Positions 9,094-19,401 of a stretch of DNA of 64,000 nt are shown piece after piece. A program made the position numbers and the translations under genes. The DNA is from Candidatus Eiseniibacteriota bacterium (GTDB taxonomy: Bacteria > Eisenbacteria > RBG-16-71-46 > CAIMUX01 > VGJL01). The stretch covers positions 1 through 64,000 of the forward strand of contig JBHGAY010000016.1 of the NCBI GenBank assembly GCA_041946735.1. Reading direction: 5' to 3'. Position 1 is the first letter of the stretch. The number at the start of each line of letters is the position of its first letter. The notes beneath the pieces are model-generated. The model did not search any database. It was not told the DNA's origin and was given only the letters and a program-made list of their open reading frames with translations.

Positions 9094-11622
9094 ATGAGCA
9101 GGATCCGTTTCTCGAGCGGCCTTGGTCTCTTCGTTCTCATGGGCGCATTGCCCGTCGGGTCTTCCCTCGCGACGACCTACGTGGTGCACCCCGACGGCTC
9201 GGGCGATCTGCCGACCATCCAGGCCGCCGTCAACATCGCAACGGACGGGGACGTCATCGAGCTGACCGACGGGATTTTTCGAGGCGCCGGCAATCGCGCG
9301 GTGAGTTTCCTCGGGAAGGGGATCACCATCCGATCTCAGTCGGGGGATCCCGCCGAGTGCGTGATCGACTGCGAAGGCAGCGCGAAGGGCTTTCTCTTCA
9401 CATCGAGCGAAGGCCAATCGTCCGTCCTGGAATCGGTGACGATCACTCATGGCTTCACGTCGGACTACGGGGGCGCCATCGACATCCGGTCTTCGTCGCC
9501 GAGAATCTCGCGCTGCGTGTTCCGCGAGAACTTCTCCGGCTACACCGGCGGGGCCCTGTCCTGCCTCGACTACAGCGGCCCGGTGATCGAGGAATGCGAG
9601 TTCTATGGCAACTCGGTCGGCCCCGGCCTGCCAGGCGGCGCGATCTACTCCGGCCGGTACAGCGAGCCGACGCTGTCCGGGTGCGTTCTTGCGAACAACT
9701 CCGCGTTCGTCCATGGCGGCGGGTTCCACTGCCACACCGGTAGCTCGGCGACGGTCACCGGATGCACCTTCGTGGACAACTCGGCACCACAAGGCAGCCA
9801 GGTAAGCATCGTCAACGGAGCGTCTGTCAGAGTCGAGCGGACCATCCTGGCCTTTGGAGGAGTTGGCTCGGCCGTGTACTGCGTCGAAGGGACGAGCGTG
9901 AGCGTCTCGTGCAGCGACGTCTACGGCAACGAAGGGGGGGATTGGGTCGGATGCATCGAGGGAGAGCAGGGAACCGACGACAATTTCACGGCGGACCCGC
10001 TCTTCTGCAATCGCCCCGATGGCAACTACCAGCTGTTCGTCGGATCTCCGTGCAGTGCCCTGAACAGTCCCTGCCAAGACTTGGTCGGAGCACTCGACGT
10101 CGGCTGCGGCGGCCCGTTCGGCGCGTGCTGCTTGACCGACGGGGACTGCGTCTACACCTCACCGGATGGGTGCGGAGATCTGGGAGGGGAGTACATGGGT
10201 GAGAGCGCTCCTTGCGAGCCGAACCCCTGCCCCGGCGCCGGCGCCTGCTGCTTTCCCGACGGGTTCTGCAGCCTGCTGACCGAAGCCGCTTGCATCGATA
10301 GTGGCGGAACGCTTCTCGGTGTCGAGGTCCCCTGCGCTCCCCATCCGTGCGGCCCGGTGACGGTGTTCCCGGACGGTGGCGGACACTTCGAGACGGTCCA
10401 GCAGGCGATCGACACCATCGGCGATGGTGGAATCGTCCAGCTTGCGGCGGGGGTATTCACCGGCGTGGGGAACAAGAACCTGGACTTCCGGGGCAAGCGG
10501 ATGACGCTCCGCTCGCTCGCCGGGGATCCGGGGGAGTGCATTCTCGACTGCGAGGGGGACGGACGCGGATTGGTCTTCGATGACAACGAGGGGCACGAGA
10601 CGAGCGTTTCGGGAATCACGATCCGGCGTGGCGCCACGGACGGAAACGGCGGCGGAGTCGCGTGCCTCGACGCCTCTCCCACTCTCGAGAACCTCGTGAT
10701 TCGGGAGTGCTCCGCCATCGCGGGAGGAGGTCTCTTCCTGAACGAGTCGGGTGCGGTACTCACCGACTGCCGGCTGCTCGGAAACAGCGCGACCGATGGC
10801 GGTGGCGCGTATGTCTCGGGATCCTTCCCCGAATGGACCCGGTGCGTCGTGACGGGGAACGGTCCAGGCAGCGGGATCGCCTGCGTCTCTTCGGCAATGT
10901 CCTTCGAATCCACGACGATCGCCGGAAACCGGTCGACAGGGCTCGGAGGCGGACTCCTATTGAGCGGCGCGAGCGGCGCCCCGTCCTGGGTGACGGTGGA
11001 GCGCTGCATCCTGGCTGGAAACTGCGCTGTCGCCGGAGAGGACGTCTTCCTGCTCGATTCCTACACGGGGATCACCGTCGTCTGCTCAGCAGTCAACCAG
11101 CAGAGGATTTCGGGATTCGGGATCGTCGACTACGCAGGGGAGCAGGTGTTCGAGGATCCGCTCTTCTGCTCTCCGGGCGCATGCGAGGAAGCTCCCACCT
11201 TGGGCGGCTCCTACACGTTGATGGCGGACTCGCCCTGCCTGGAAGAGAACAGCCCGTGTGGAGAGCTGATCGGCGCGCTGGCGGAGGGCTGCACCGCATC
11301 GGGCGTTGCCGAGGACCTCGCGTGGCAGACGCCGGGCGGCACGGATCGGCTGCTTCTCCATCCGCCTTTGCCGAATCCTGTCGCCGATCGCATCACGGTC
11401 CGGCTGGAACTGTCGGAAACCTCGCGGGCGAGGGTCGGCGTCTACGATGTGGCGGGCCGGGAGGTGGCGATCCTGCTCGATCAGGATCTGCGGCGCGGCG
11501 CTCATGCTCTCCAGTGGCAGCCGAGGGGCGCCGACGGCGGGAGGCTCGCTTGCGGCATCTACTTCCTCAAGGCGGTGGTCGGGAAGGAGTCGACGACGAG
11601 GACGTTCGTGGTCGCCAGGTGA
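9094..11622 (+). CDS. Secreted protein: two right-handed beta-helix modules separated by two GACC Cys-rich repeats, with a C-terminal FlgD-Ig/T9SS-like domain
   Basis: Signal peptide; duplicated 'V.PDG.G...TIQ.A' and 'F.N.A..GG' repeats; PNP..VGVYDVAGREV..W..G.YF tail. Confidence 0.8.
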   Translation: MSRIRFSSGLGLFVLMGALPVGSSLATTYVVHPDGSGDLPTIQAAVNIATDGDVIELTDGIFRGAGNRAVSFLGKGITIRSQSGDPAECVIDCEGSAKGFLFTSSEGQSSVLESVTITHGFTSDYGGAIDIRSSSPRISRCVFRENFSGYTGGALSCLDYSGPVIEECEFYGNSVGPGLPGGAIYSGRYSEPTLSGCVLANNSAFVHGGGFHCHTGSSATVTGCTFVDNSAPQGSQVSIVNGASVRVERTILAFGGVGSAVYCVEGTSVSVSCSDVYGNEGGDWVGCIEGEQGTDDNFTADPLFCNRPDGNYQLFVGSPCSALNSPCQDLVGALDVGCGGPFGACCLTDGDCVYTSPDGCGDLGGEYMGESAPCEPNPCPGAGACCFPDGFCSLLTEAACIDSGGTLLGVEVPCAPHPCGPVTVFPDGGGHFETVQQAIDTIGDGGIVQLAAGVFTGVGNKNLDFRGKRMTLRSLAGDPGECILDCEGDGRGLVFDDNEGHETSVSGITIRRGATDGNGGGVACLDASPTLENLVIRECSAIAGGGLFLNESGAVLTDCRLLGNSATDGGGAYVSGSFPEWTRCVVTGNGPGSGIACVSSAMSFESTTIAGNRSTGLGGGLLLSGASGAPSWVTVERCILAGNCAVAGEDVFLLDSYTGITVVCSAVNQQRISGFGIVDYAGEQVFEDPLFCSPGACEEAPTLGGSYTLMADSPCLEENSPCGELIGALAEGCTASGVAEDLAWQTPGGTDRLLLHPPLPNPVADRITVRLELSETSRARVGVYDVAGREVAILLDQDLRRGAHALQWQPRGADGGRLACGIYFLKAVVGKESTTRTFVVAR

Positions 11623-11673
11623 CGGGGAGCGGCGAGTTCGCCGCTTTCCGAGTCCGCCGCCGTTCTTCGCCCT

Positions 11674-12585
11674 TCAAGCGGCCTTACGGTATCCCGCGCT
11701 TTCCTTGAACTCCTCGACCCAGAAGGCCGTCTGGGCGCAGGCGCGCATCAGGCCGTTCACGCCGATGCCAAGGCGGTCGACCGAGTGCCGGATGTCGATG
11801 CGGAAGTCCATCCCCTCGGCGCCCAGGCCGACCCCGATCGTCTTGGCGATCAGGTTGGCGATCACGACCGTGTCGACGATCGTCGCGGGGTCGGTCGGCG
11901 GGGACATGTGGTGCTGCTCGATCGCGACGACGACCGTGTCCGGGAATCCCCAGAGTCGGCCGAGGGCGGCGCCCAGCTCGGCGTGGTCGCATCCGCACAG
12001 GGCGTGCTCCGCCTCGACGAACGTCAGGTCGTCCGCTCTGCACTTCGCACGGATGTCCTCGAGCCCGACCTTCATGAAGCGGGAGAGGATCAGCTTGCCG
12101 ATGTCGTGAAGCAGTCCTGCGATCGAAGCGAGCTGCGGGATCTCCGCCTCGGGCGCCTCGCGCTGGATGGCGCGCACGGCGAGCGACGCGGCCGCTCCGT
12201 GCAGCCACAGCTCGTTCTCCGTCAGGTCGTACATGGGGGCGTCGATCTGCACACGCCGCATGTAGTCGCCGAGCACGATGTTCAGGATGGTCGTCGTGCC
12301 GAGCCGGCTGACCGCGTCCTGAAGGCTCTCGATGCGGCAATGTCCGCCGTAGTAGCTCGAGTTGGCCATCCGCAGGATGTTCGCGACGACCGCCTCGTCG
12401 AACTCGATCACCCGAACGATCTCGCGAAACGGCGTCTCCTCGTCCTGCAGGAGAGGAATCAGCCGCTGCGCGGTGATCGGAAGGGGATCGAGCGTCCCGA
12501 TCCCACGAAGCAGAGAGTCCGGAATCGACATGAGGAGCTCCTCGATACGGCGTTTCCTCTCCTTATCGACCGAGTCGGCGTCCAT
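11674..12585 (-). CDS. HDOD-domain signal transduction protein
   Basis: ILRMANSSYYG, AVSRLG, LWLH, GLLHDIGK, DHAELGAAL..WGFP; start at ATG 12585 is inferred. Confidence 0.9.
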   Translation of the reverse strand: MDADSVDKERKRRIEELLMSIPDSLLRGIGTLDPLPITAQRLIPLLQDEETPFREIVRVIEFDEAVVANILRMANSSYYGGHCRIESLQDAVSRLGTTTILNIVLGDYMRRVQIDAPMYDLTENELWLHGAAASLAVRAIQREAPEAEIPQLASIAGLLHDIGKLILSRFMKVGLEDIRAKCRADDLTFVEAEHALCGCDHAELGAALGRLWGFPDTVVVAIEQHHMSPPTDPATIVDTVVIANLIAKTIGVGLGAEGMDFRIDIRHSVDRLGIGVNGLMRACAQTAFWVEEFKESAGYRKAA

Positions 12586-12697
12586 CTTCGGGGATTCCTG
12601 CGCGGCCGGCCCGCGTTCGGCCGCCTGATTCTGCGTCCGTCCGGCCGGCTTACTCCGGCCGCGTCCTCGTCCGCGTCCCCGTCCCCGTCCGCTTCGC

Positions 12698-14059
12698 TCA
12701 AACAACACGCAGCAGCTCCTGCATCATCTCGTCCGCCGCCGTGATCAGGCGCGCGGCGGCCGTGTAGGCCTGCTGCTGCCCGATCAAGAGCGTCATCTCC
12801 TCGTCGATCGACACCCCGCTGACGCTCGAGCGCATCGTCTCCGCGTTCGCGAGCAGCGTGTCGTGAATCGACTGGTCCTGCGAGGCGTTGCTCGCATCCG
12901 TCCCGACCGCCGCGGCGAAGTCCACGTAGGCGTCGCGCAGCGTCTTCCCGCCAAGGCTCGCGACGCCGGTCGTCGCGAGGGCGGCGATCTGCAGCGCGAC
13001 CGTGTTGTCGCCTGGCGCCGGCGTGCCGCCGGCCGCGATCGCGTCGCCGGACGCCTCCACCTCGGCCGAGAGGGCGATCGACCGCGCGTTCGTCCCGGTC
13101 GGGTCGAAGAAGTTGATGCCGGTCTCGCCGTTCAGGTTGTATCCGGTGGAGTGAAGCGCGTTGAACTCCGTCACGACGGCCTCCGTGAACTCATCGAGCT
13201 TGCGCTGGTACTCCGGCAGGTTCGTGGTCGTCAGTTCGGACAGGGCATTCAGGCTCCCCGAGACGGGATCGATCAAGCCGCTTCCCGATTCGGGCCCGAT
13301 CCCGTAGCCGCCGCCCGGCACGTCGCGGACCGCGAGCCTCTGGACGGACGGACCGTCGACGAGGAGCAATCCCCCCGCCGCGACGCCGATCGTCCCGTCC
13401 GGCCGCTCGAGCACGCGGATGCCGATCATCGTCGACGCCTCGTCGATCAAGAGATCCCGCTGGTCGGCGAGGTCGGGAGCGCCGGCGTCTCCCGCCTGCA
13501 GAATCTGTTGATTCAGGCTGGCGATCTGCGTCGCGAGCGTGTTGACCCGCTCGACCTCCATCCGCATCCGCCCGACCGCGTCCTGCTGCGCTTGCACGAT
13601 CTGATCGTTGAGCTGATGGATCTGTTGAACAAAGCGCTGCGCCGAGGTCCGCACGATTTCGCGGTTCGTCGGATTGGCGGGATCGTTCGCGAGGTCGGAG
13701 AACGACTGGAAGACGGCATCGAGCGCAGCCGCCACGCCGACATCGCTCGGCTCGCTGACCGCTCCCTCGACCTGCGACAGCATGCTCCAGAGCGTGCTCG
13801 AGTGCCCGAGCAGCCCCGACTCGCGCCGGTAGGTGCCGTCGAGGAAGCGATCGCGCGCCCGCGTGATCCCTTGCTCGTCGACGCCGCGGCCGATGTAGCC
13901 GTTTCCGTCCCAGACGGGAGTCGCGGCGGCCAGGTTGAGCCGCTGGCGGCTGTAGCCGGGCGTCGTGGCGTTCGCCACGTTCTGCGCGATGACCCCCATC
14001 GCCTTCTGATGCGTGAGCAGCGCGGACCGAGCGACCGACAGGAGGGTCGAAAGCGACAT
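12698..14059 (-). CDS. flgK: Flagellar hook-associated protein FlgK
   Basis: NVANATTPGYSRQR, DQRDLLIDE, SGVSIDEEM..QQAYTAAAR. Confidence 0.95.
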   Translation of the reverse strand: MSLSTLLSVARSALLTHQKAMGVIAQNVANATTPGYSRQRLNLAAATPVWDGNGYIGRGVDEQGITRARDRFLDGTYRRESGLLGHSSTLWSMLSQVEGAVSEPSDVGVAAALDAVFQSFSDLANDPANPTNREIVRTSAQRFVQQIHQLNDQIVQAQQDAVGRMRMEVERVNTLATQIASLNQQILQAGDAGAPDLADQRDLLIDEASTMIGIRVLERPDGTIGVAAGGLLLVDGPSVQRLAVRDVPGGGYGIGPESGSGLIDPVSGSLNALSELTTTNLPEYQRKLDEFTEAVVTEFNALHSTGYNLNGETGINFFDPTGTNARSIALSAEVEASGDAIAAGGTPAPGDNTVALQIAALATTGVASLGGKTLRDAYVDFAAAVGTDASNASQDQSIHDTLLANAETMRSSVSGVSIDEEMTLLIGQQQAYTAAARLITAADEMMQELLRVV

Positions 14060-14060
14060 C

Positions 14061-14645
14061 TCACACCACCCGATCGAGCAGGACGGACGGCGCGGCGATG
14101 CGCGGTTCCGTCCGCTCCGCAGCTTGATAGACCGGGCTGGGATCGCTCAAGCAGGAGAAGAGCGCTTGCAGGAAGGCTTCGCCCGTCTCGACGGCGCGGC
14201 GTAGAACCGTCCGGTTGATCGAGACTTCCGTGACGACCGACCGGGCCTCGCGCGTGAGCGCGGCGCGCGCTTGGAGGAGCGGGAGCGGAAGATCGACGCC
14301 GAGGGCCGTCTCGAGTTGCGAGAGCGTCGACGGTGATGGAGAGATCCCGAGCGACTGGATCGCCCGGCTGCGCCTCGTGCGCGCCTCGGCCAGCATGGTG
14401 ACGATCCGTCCGACGCCTTCGATCGACGCCTGCACGCCGTCCGGATCCTGTGCGCCGACCGCCGCCCTCTGCCGGATCAGCACCTCGCGGAGCTCGATGA
14501 TCAGTCGCGTCTCCCTTTGGAGCAGCGAGATCAGATCGTCGACTCCGCGCCGGTCTTCTGACCCATGAGCCGCTGGGGCCGCCGCTTGGGTCATCGCTCG
14601 GGCTGCCTCCTCGATCGCCGTTCCCGTCTCACGATTGCCAGCCAT
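14061..14645 (-). CDS. flgN: Flagellar export chaperone FlgN
   Basis: Helical protein (L..LL..E..L..L..Q..A, N..L) immediately upstream of flgK; ATG behind GAGG. Confidence 0.7.
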   Translation of the reverse strand: MAGNRETGTAIEEAARAMTQAAAPAAHGSEDRRGVDDLISLLQRETRLIIELREVLIRQRAAVGAQDPDGVQASIEGVGRIVTMLAEARTRRSRAIQSLGISPSPSTLSQLETALGVDLPLPLLQARAALTREARSVVTEVSINRTVLRRAVETGEAFLQALFSCLSDPSPVYQAAERTEPRIAAPSVLLDRVV

Positions 14646-15120
14646 CTCGATTTCCTCTTTCCGGAGCGACCGCTCCTTCGGCCGGTTTCCCTTGCCGTGT
14701 CCCGGCCACATCCTGCGCCGGGGCGTTGGTTATCTGCGTCGCGTCTGTGCTCGGCGTATCGGCTCGCGAGGCATCCAGGCGCCGGCATAGCTGCCGGTAG
14801 AGCGCCTCGCCGATTCCTCTCTCCATCTTCTCGGCGGCGATGCTCGCCAGGCGGTCGTCGAGCAGAGACCGGAACGTCTCTTCGCCCGGCGTCGACTCGA
14901 TCAGCCCACCCTCGGGGACGCCCGAGCGCATCGCGGCAAAGAGCTGCCGCAGGAAGACCCCTTCCATTTCGTGCGAGAGCCGGCGAAGCTCGGCCCGCTC
15001 GTCGGGCGGCGGCGCCGGCCCGTCGATCCCCTCGTTCCATCCGGTCCGCTGGGTCCGCTCGAGTCCCTCGAGCCCCTCGATCCTCCCGATCCTCCCAACT
15101 CCGTCCGCCGGGCCGCTCAC
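14629..15120 (-). CDS. flgJ: Rod-binding protein (short FlgJ without muramidase domain)
   Basis: EMEGVFLRQLFAAMR..F.SLLD..GIGEALYRQL motif; follows flgI. Confidence 0.8.
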   Translation of the reverse strand: MSGPADGVGRIGRIEGLEGLERTQRTGWNEGIDGPAPPPDERAELRRLSHEMEGVFLRQLFAAMRSGVPEGGLIESTPGEETFRSLLDDRLASIAAEKMERGIGEALYRQLCRRLDASRADTPSTDATQITNAPAQDVAGTRQGKPAEGAVAPERGNRDGWQS

Positions 15121-16202
15121 CGGATCACGACCTCGGCGCGCAACGCGCCCGACGCTTGCAGCGCCTCGAAGATCGCGGCCATCTCGTCGGGGCGCGCGCC
15201 CGCGGCGTGCAGCCCAGCTGCGACGTCCCGCACCGACGCGCTGCCGGGAAGATGAACGATGCCGGCGGCGCTCCCCTCCGCGCCCCCGACCTCGAGCGTG
15301 ATGCCGCGGTGATGGACGACCGCATCGGCGACCCGCACCTCCGCCCCGGCGACCACCGTCCCTTCGCGGCCGTTGATGACGACGCGCGACGATGGGCGGA
15401 TTGCGACGGCGAGCGTGTCGATCGCAGCGAGGAAGCCGAGCGTGTCCTGGCCGGCCGGGGGAGCGAGGGAGACCGATCCGGGGTCGTCCGCCCTCGCGGT
15501 CCCTTCGCCGTATGCGCCGTTGATCGCCGCGGCGATCGAGGCGGCGATCAGGCGGTCCGGCTCGCGCAACAGCAGGCGCTTCTCCGCGGGCGCCGGTGTC
15601 GGACTGTCCACCTCGAGGATCCCGCCGCGCGCGATCCGGCCGGAATTGCCGCGGCGCGCGTAGCCGACCCGGCCCGTCTCGTCCCCCGCGACGAAGATCG
15701 CCCCCTGGGCGGTCGCGATCGCGGGCTGGCCCGGGTCGGTGACGAGTGGCGTGATCCAGAGGACTCCGCCGCGCAGCGACGTCGCGTCGCCGAGCGCGGA
15801 CACCTGCACCTCGAACCGCCCGCCGGAGCGGAGCCAGGGGGAGACCTCCGCCGTCACGAGCACCGCGGCGACGTTGCGCGGGCGGAGCTGCTCGGAGGGG
15901 ATCTCGATCTCGAACCGGCGGAGGAGGTTCAGCACCGAGTGGACGGTCGGGTTCGACGTCGGGGTCCGCCCGAAGGAGCGGTCCCCGGTGCCGTCGAGGC
16001 CGACGACGATCCCGTAGCCGACGAGACGGCGGGGGACGTCGCCGGGCCGCAGCGTCAGATCGGAAATGCGCGCGATCGTGCCGGGTGCTGCGCCGGCTCG
16101 CGGGACGGCCGGCGGAAGCGCGGCGAGCAGCGCCGCGCTCAGGGTGACGGCGCTCGCGAGCGCGAAGAGGCGAGCGTTCCGATGGCGGATCGCGTTTCCC
16201 AT
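15117..16202 (-). CDS. flgI: Flagellar P-ring protein FlgI
   Basis: LVGYGIVVGLDGTGD, NVAAVLVTA, GDATSLRGG.L, C-terminal ALQASGALRAE. Confidence 0.95.
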   Translation of the reverse strand: MGNAIRHRNARLFALASAVTLSAALLAALPPAVPRAGAAPGTIARISDLTLRPGDVPRRLVGYGIVVGLDGTGDRSFGRTPTSNPTVHSVLNLLRRFEIEIPSEQLRPRNVAAVLVTAEVSPWLRSGGRFEVQVSALGDATSLRGGVLWITPLVTDPGQPAIATAQGAIFVAGDETGRVGYARRGNSGRIARGGILEVDSPTPAPAEKRLLLREPDRLIAASIAAAINGAYGEGTARADDPGSVSLAPPAGQDTLGFLAAIDTLAVAIRPSSRVVINGREGTVVAGAEVRVADAVVHHRGITLEVGGAEGSAAGIVHLPGSASVRDVAAGLHAAGARPDEMAAIFEALQASGALRAEVVIR

Positions 16203-16247
16203 TCCGCTTCTCCCTTCTCCCTTCTCCCTTCCCTCTTCCGCCTTCCG

Positions 16248-16934
16248 CTACGGCCAGAGCATGGAGAGGATCCGGCCGAGGATCCCCGCGCGCGGCGCGA
16301 GCTTCTTGCCCTTGTAGCTGATCTGGAGGTCCGCGATCCGCTCGGAATAGATGATGTTCGACGAGGGGATGTCGGCGGTACGGATCGAGCCGGAGAGCAT
16401 GACCTGCTGTTTGCGCCCGTCGACCGAGACCTCCTTCGATCCCTCGATGCGCGCGATGCCGTGCTCGTCGATCGCGACGACGCGAGCGCTGACGCTCGTC
16501 ACGAGGTCTCCCTGGCGGTGCGCTTCGCCGATGTCGCGCGAGTCGCCGTCCAGGATGGAGGCGACGCCGGTCGGGCCGATGCCGTCGCCGTCCGCCTGCG
16601 CGCGCAAGTCGGCCAGCTGCGATCGCTGGGCGGTCGCGACTCGCGAGACCCGCTCGCGCGCGGACGTTTGCTCGTCCACCATGACCGTCACGATCTGGCC
16701 GACCTCGATCGGGATCCGGTCGCTGGTCCAGGACGCGCGAGCCGGAGTTGCGGGTGGGGGAGACGTGGCGGAGGCGGACGCAGGCGCCGATGCAGGCGCG
16801 GGCGAGGATGCGGGCGCGGTCGATCCGGTTTCGCCGTCTGCGCCGTCCGCGCCGAACGCGACGCCGGCGAGGGCGGCGAGGGCGGCGAGGCAGATCCCAA
16901 CGGCGAGCGCGCGCCGGAATCGCAGAGCTGTCAT
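16248..16934 (-). CDS. flgH: Flagellar L-ring protein FlgH
   Basis: VGQIVTVMVDE, IEGSKEV..LSG.IR..DI..N.I.S.RIADL.I.Y.G; lies between flgA and flgI. Confidence 0.9.
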   Translation of the reverse strand: MTALRFRRALAVGICLAALAALAGVAFGADGADGETGSTAPASSPAPASAPASASATSPPPATPARASWTSDRIPIEVGQIVTVMVDEQTSARERVSRVATAQRSQLADLRAQADGDGIGPTGVASILDGDSRDIGEAHRQGDLVTSVSARVVAIDEHGIARIEGSKEVSVDGRKQQVMLSGSIRTADIPSSNIIYSERIADLQISYKGKKLAPRAGILGRILSMLWP

Positions 16935-17710
16935 CTCTCTTCTCCTTTCGTCAGCGCGGCGAGATCGAGACCCGGGCCGAGCGAGGCGAGGTCGGGGCCG
17001 ATGACCGTCCCTTCGACGACGGCGCCGGACTCGGCGACGCGGGCGCGGACTCTCTCGCCCAGACGGGCGGCCTGGAGGGCCTTCGCGAGGACCGAGACGC
17101 GCACGCGCTCGCGCGACCACTCCAGCCGGATCGGCGTGCCGGCACGCACGAGCAACGGCGGTTGCACGGCCGGCCGCGTGAGAGGTTCGCCGGCCGTGAG
17201 GGCGCGGCGCGTCTCCCAGCCGGGGGCGGCAGGCGCGGCGGCTTCCGGGCGGCCCCAGGCTTCGATCGTCCCGGCGGCGATGTCGCCGTCGGCGAGGGCG
17301 TAGCCAGAGGGAAGATCGCGGGCGGCGACCGCGGCGGGACGGCGGGCGCCGGCGCGCACGCGAAACGCGCTGATGCGGCGCGCTGCGTCTGCCGCTGCCT
17401 CTGCCGCTGCCGCGACCGATGCCGCTGCCGCCGCGGGATCGGAGGCGGCGAGAAGAGTCACGGCGAAGTAGCCGTCGTTACCGGCGCCGGCAAGCTCCGC
17501 GCGCAGCGGCTGCCCTTCGGTCGTCGTCATCATGCCGGGCGGGATTGCGCCAAGGTCGAGCACGACGTCCGCTTCGGCGATCCGCCAGAGCGAGGCGACC
17601 GCGCGCGCAATCGCCTGTGTGACCTCGGGCGGGGCTTCCGGAGGCGCGGCCGCGATCGGACTCGCGAACACCACGAACGCGACGACCACGAACGCCGCCG
17701 CCTTCGCCAT
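16931..17710 (-). CDS. flgA: Flagellar P-ring formation chaperone FlgA
   Basis: SAF-like VAARDL..G, PLLVRAG..KALQ..GE.VR; position in the operon. Confidence 0.85.
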   Translation of the reverse strand: MAKAAAFVVVAFVVFASPIAAAPPEAPPEVTQAIARAVASLWRIAEADVVLDLGAIPPGMMTTTEGQPLRAELAGAGNDGYFAVTLLAASDPAAAAASVAAAAEAAADAARRISAFRVRAGARRPAAVAARDLPSGYALADGDIAAGTIEAWGRPEAAAPAAPGWETRRALTAGEPLTRPAVQPPLLVRAGTPIRLEWSRERVRVSVLAKALQAARLGERVRARVAESGAVVEGTVIGPDLASLGPGLDLAALTKGEER

Positions 17711-17723
17711 CGCCCCTCCCGTC

Positions 17724-18512
17724 CTACCGGATGATCTCATTGGTCGTCTGCATCATCTCGTCGCCCGCGCGGATCGCCTTCGCATTGATCTCGTACGCGC
17801 GCTGGGCGGCGATCATGTCGGTCATCTCCTGCACGATCTCGACGTTGCTCGACTCGAGCGCTCCCTGGCGCACCGCGCCGAAGCCGTCCTCCTGCGCGTA
17901 GCCGGTGGTCGGCTTGCCCGACGCGGTCGTCTCCGTGTACTCGTTCTCCCCGATCGCCTCGAGGCCGGTCGGATTGAGAAAGCGGGCGAGCTCGAAGCGG
18001 CCGATCTCCGTCAGGTCGTTCTTTCCCTGGCTCGCGATCGAGACCGTTCCGTTGGCGGAAACCGTGATCGATGTCGCGTCCTCGGGGATCGAGATCCCAG
18101 GCAGGACCGTATAGCCGGCGCTCGTGACGATCACTCCGCTGTCGGAGAGGGTGAAGCTGCCGTCGCGCGTGTAGGCGGTGGTGCCGTCCGGCCGCTCGAC
18201 CTGGAAGAAACCTTCCCCCTCGATCGCCATGTCGAGCGGGCGTTGCGTCATCTCGATCGCGCCCGGCGTATGGAGGCGCTGGATCGATGCGACACGCACC
18301 CCTTTGCCGACCTGCACCGGCCCGACCGATTCGCTGTTCGAGTAGTTGACCGTCTTGTTGCCTTGTACGTTCTCGTAGAGGAGGTCCTCGAAATTGACGC
18401 GGCTGCGTTTGAAGCCGGTCGTATTGACGTTGGCGAGATTGTTCGCCAGGACGTCGATCATCCTCTGCTGCGCGGCCATGCCGCTCGCTGCGGTGCGAAG
18501 GCTCGAATTCAT
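17724..18512 (-). CDS. flgG: Flagellar basal-body rod protein FlgG
   Basis: ANNLANVNTTGFK, YTRDGSF, LESSNVEIVQEM..AQRAYEINAK. Confidence 0.97.
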   Translation of the reverse strand: MNSSLRTAASGMAAQQRMIDVLANNLANVNTTGFKRSRVNFEDLLYENVQGNKTVNYSNSESVGPVQVGKGVRVASIQRLHTPGAIEMTQRPLDMAIEGEGFFQVERPDGTTAYTRDGSFTLSDSGVIVTSAGYTVLPGISIPEDATSITVSANGTVSIASQGKNDLTEIGRFELARFLNPTGLEAIGENEYTETTASGKPTTGYAQEDGFGAVRQGALESSNVEIVQEMTDMIAAQRAYEINAKAIRAGDEMMQTTNEIIR

Positions 18513-18539
18513 GATTCCTCCTCATGCTGCCGGCCGCGT

Positions 18540-18590
18540 CCCGTCAGGCCGGCTCCCGTCAGACCGGCTCCCGGCACGCGGGCTCCCGAC
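18540..18590. repeat. Intergenic 15-bp imperfect tandem repeat (CCCGTCAGRCCGGCT), about 3.4 copies
   Basis: Seen directly between flgF and flgG. Confidence 0.7.
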
Positions 18591-19292
18591 TTACACTTTC
18601 GCGATGTCCCCGACGACCGTCCCGAGGACGGAGTCCATCGCCTTCAAAGCGTCGACGTTGGCCGCATAGGCCCGCTGGATCGTGATCAAGTCCACCATCG
18701 ACTGGAGCGGGTCGAAGTTCGTCTGCTCCAGCCAGCCCTGGCGGACGTTCGCGGTGCCCGCCGGGATCGGATTCGTCGTGAGCTGCGGGACGAAACGGCC
18801 GGCCCCTTCCTTGAGCAGCGCGGCCGGGTCGTCCGGATCGTTCACCTGCTCGATGCGCAGGCGGTCCACCGCCTTGCCGTCGAGCACGACCGTTCCGTCG
18901 GCGAGGATCTCGGCTTCAGCGCCTGCGAAGGCGATCGGACCCTCCCGTCCGAGGAGCGGATCGCCGTGCAAATCGGTCAGCCGCCCGGCCGCGTCGAGCC
19001 GGAAGGAGCCGCCGCGCGTCAGCCGCTCTCCGTGATCGGTCGAGACGACGAAGAAACCCGGCCCGTCGAGGGCGAGATCGAGCGGGCGTTTCGTCTCGCG
19101 CAGATCGCCCTGGCTCAGGTCGATCCGCTCGACCGGAACCGCGTGGGGCTCGTCGGGCGCTGTTCGCGCCGTGAGGCGAAGCGCCTTGAAGCCGTCGCTT
19201 CCCGCGTTGGCGAGATTGTTCGCGGTCACCTCCTGCATCCGCTGATAGAAGGACAGCGAACGCGCGGTGCCGGAGATCGCGTCGAGAGCCAT
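18591..19292 (-). CDS. flgF: Flagellar basal-body rod protein FlgF
   Basis: ANNLANA..GFK, LDLALDGPGFF, LTRGGSF, QG.LE..N; lies upstream of flgG. Confidence 0.88.
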   Translation of the reverse strand: MALDAISGTARSLSFYQRMQEVTANNLANAGSDGFKALRLTARTAPDEPHAVPVERIDLSQGDLRETKRPLDLALDGPGFFVVSTDHGERLTRGGSFRLDAAGRLTDLHGDPLLGREGPIAFAGAEAEILADGTVVLDGKAVDRLRIEQVNDPDDPAALLKEGAGRFVPQLTTNPIPAGTANVRQGWLEQTNFDPLQSMVDLITIQRAYAANVDALKAMDSVLGTVVGDIAKV

Positions 19293-19401
19293 CGGGACTC
19301 CTCCTCGGGGCCGTTGCGCGAGGCGGCACGGCTCGCCCGCTCCGGGCGACGGCGGTCCACCGTGGCGCGAAGGCGTTCCACGGCCCCTGCGCCTGCTGGG
19401 A

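Noticed and set aside
12586..12708. (GR)n N-terminal extension of the HDOD protein
   Set aside because: It derives from a 6-bp intergenic microsatellite. A downstream ATG is the more plausible start.
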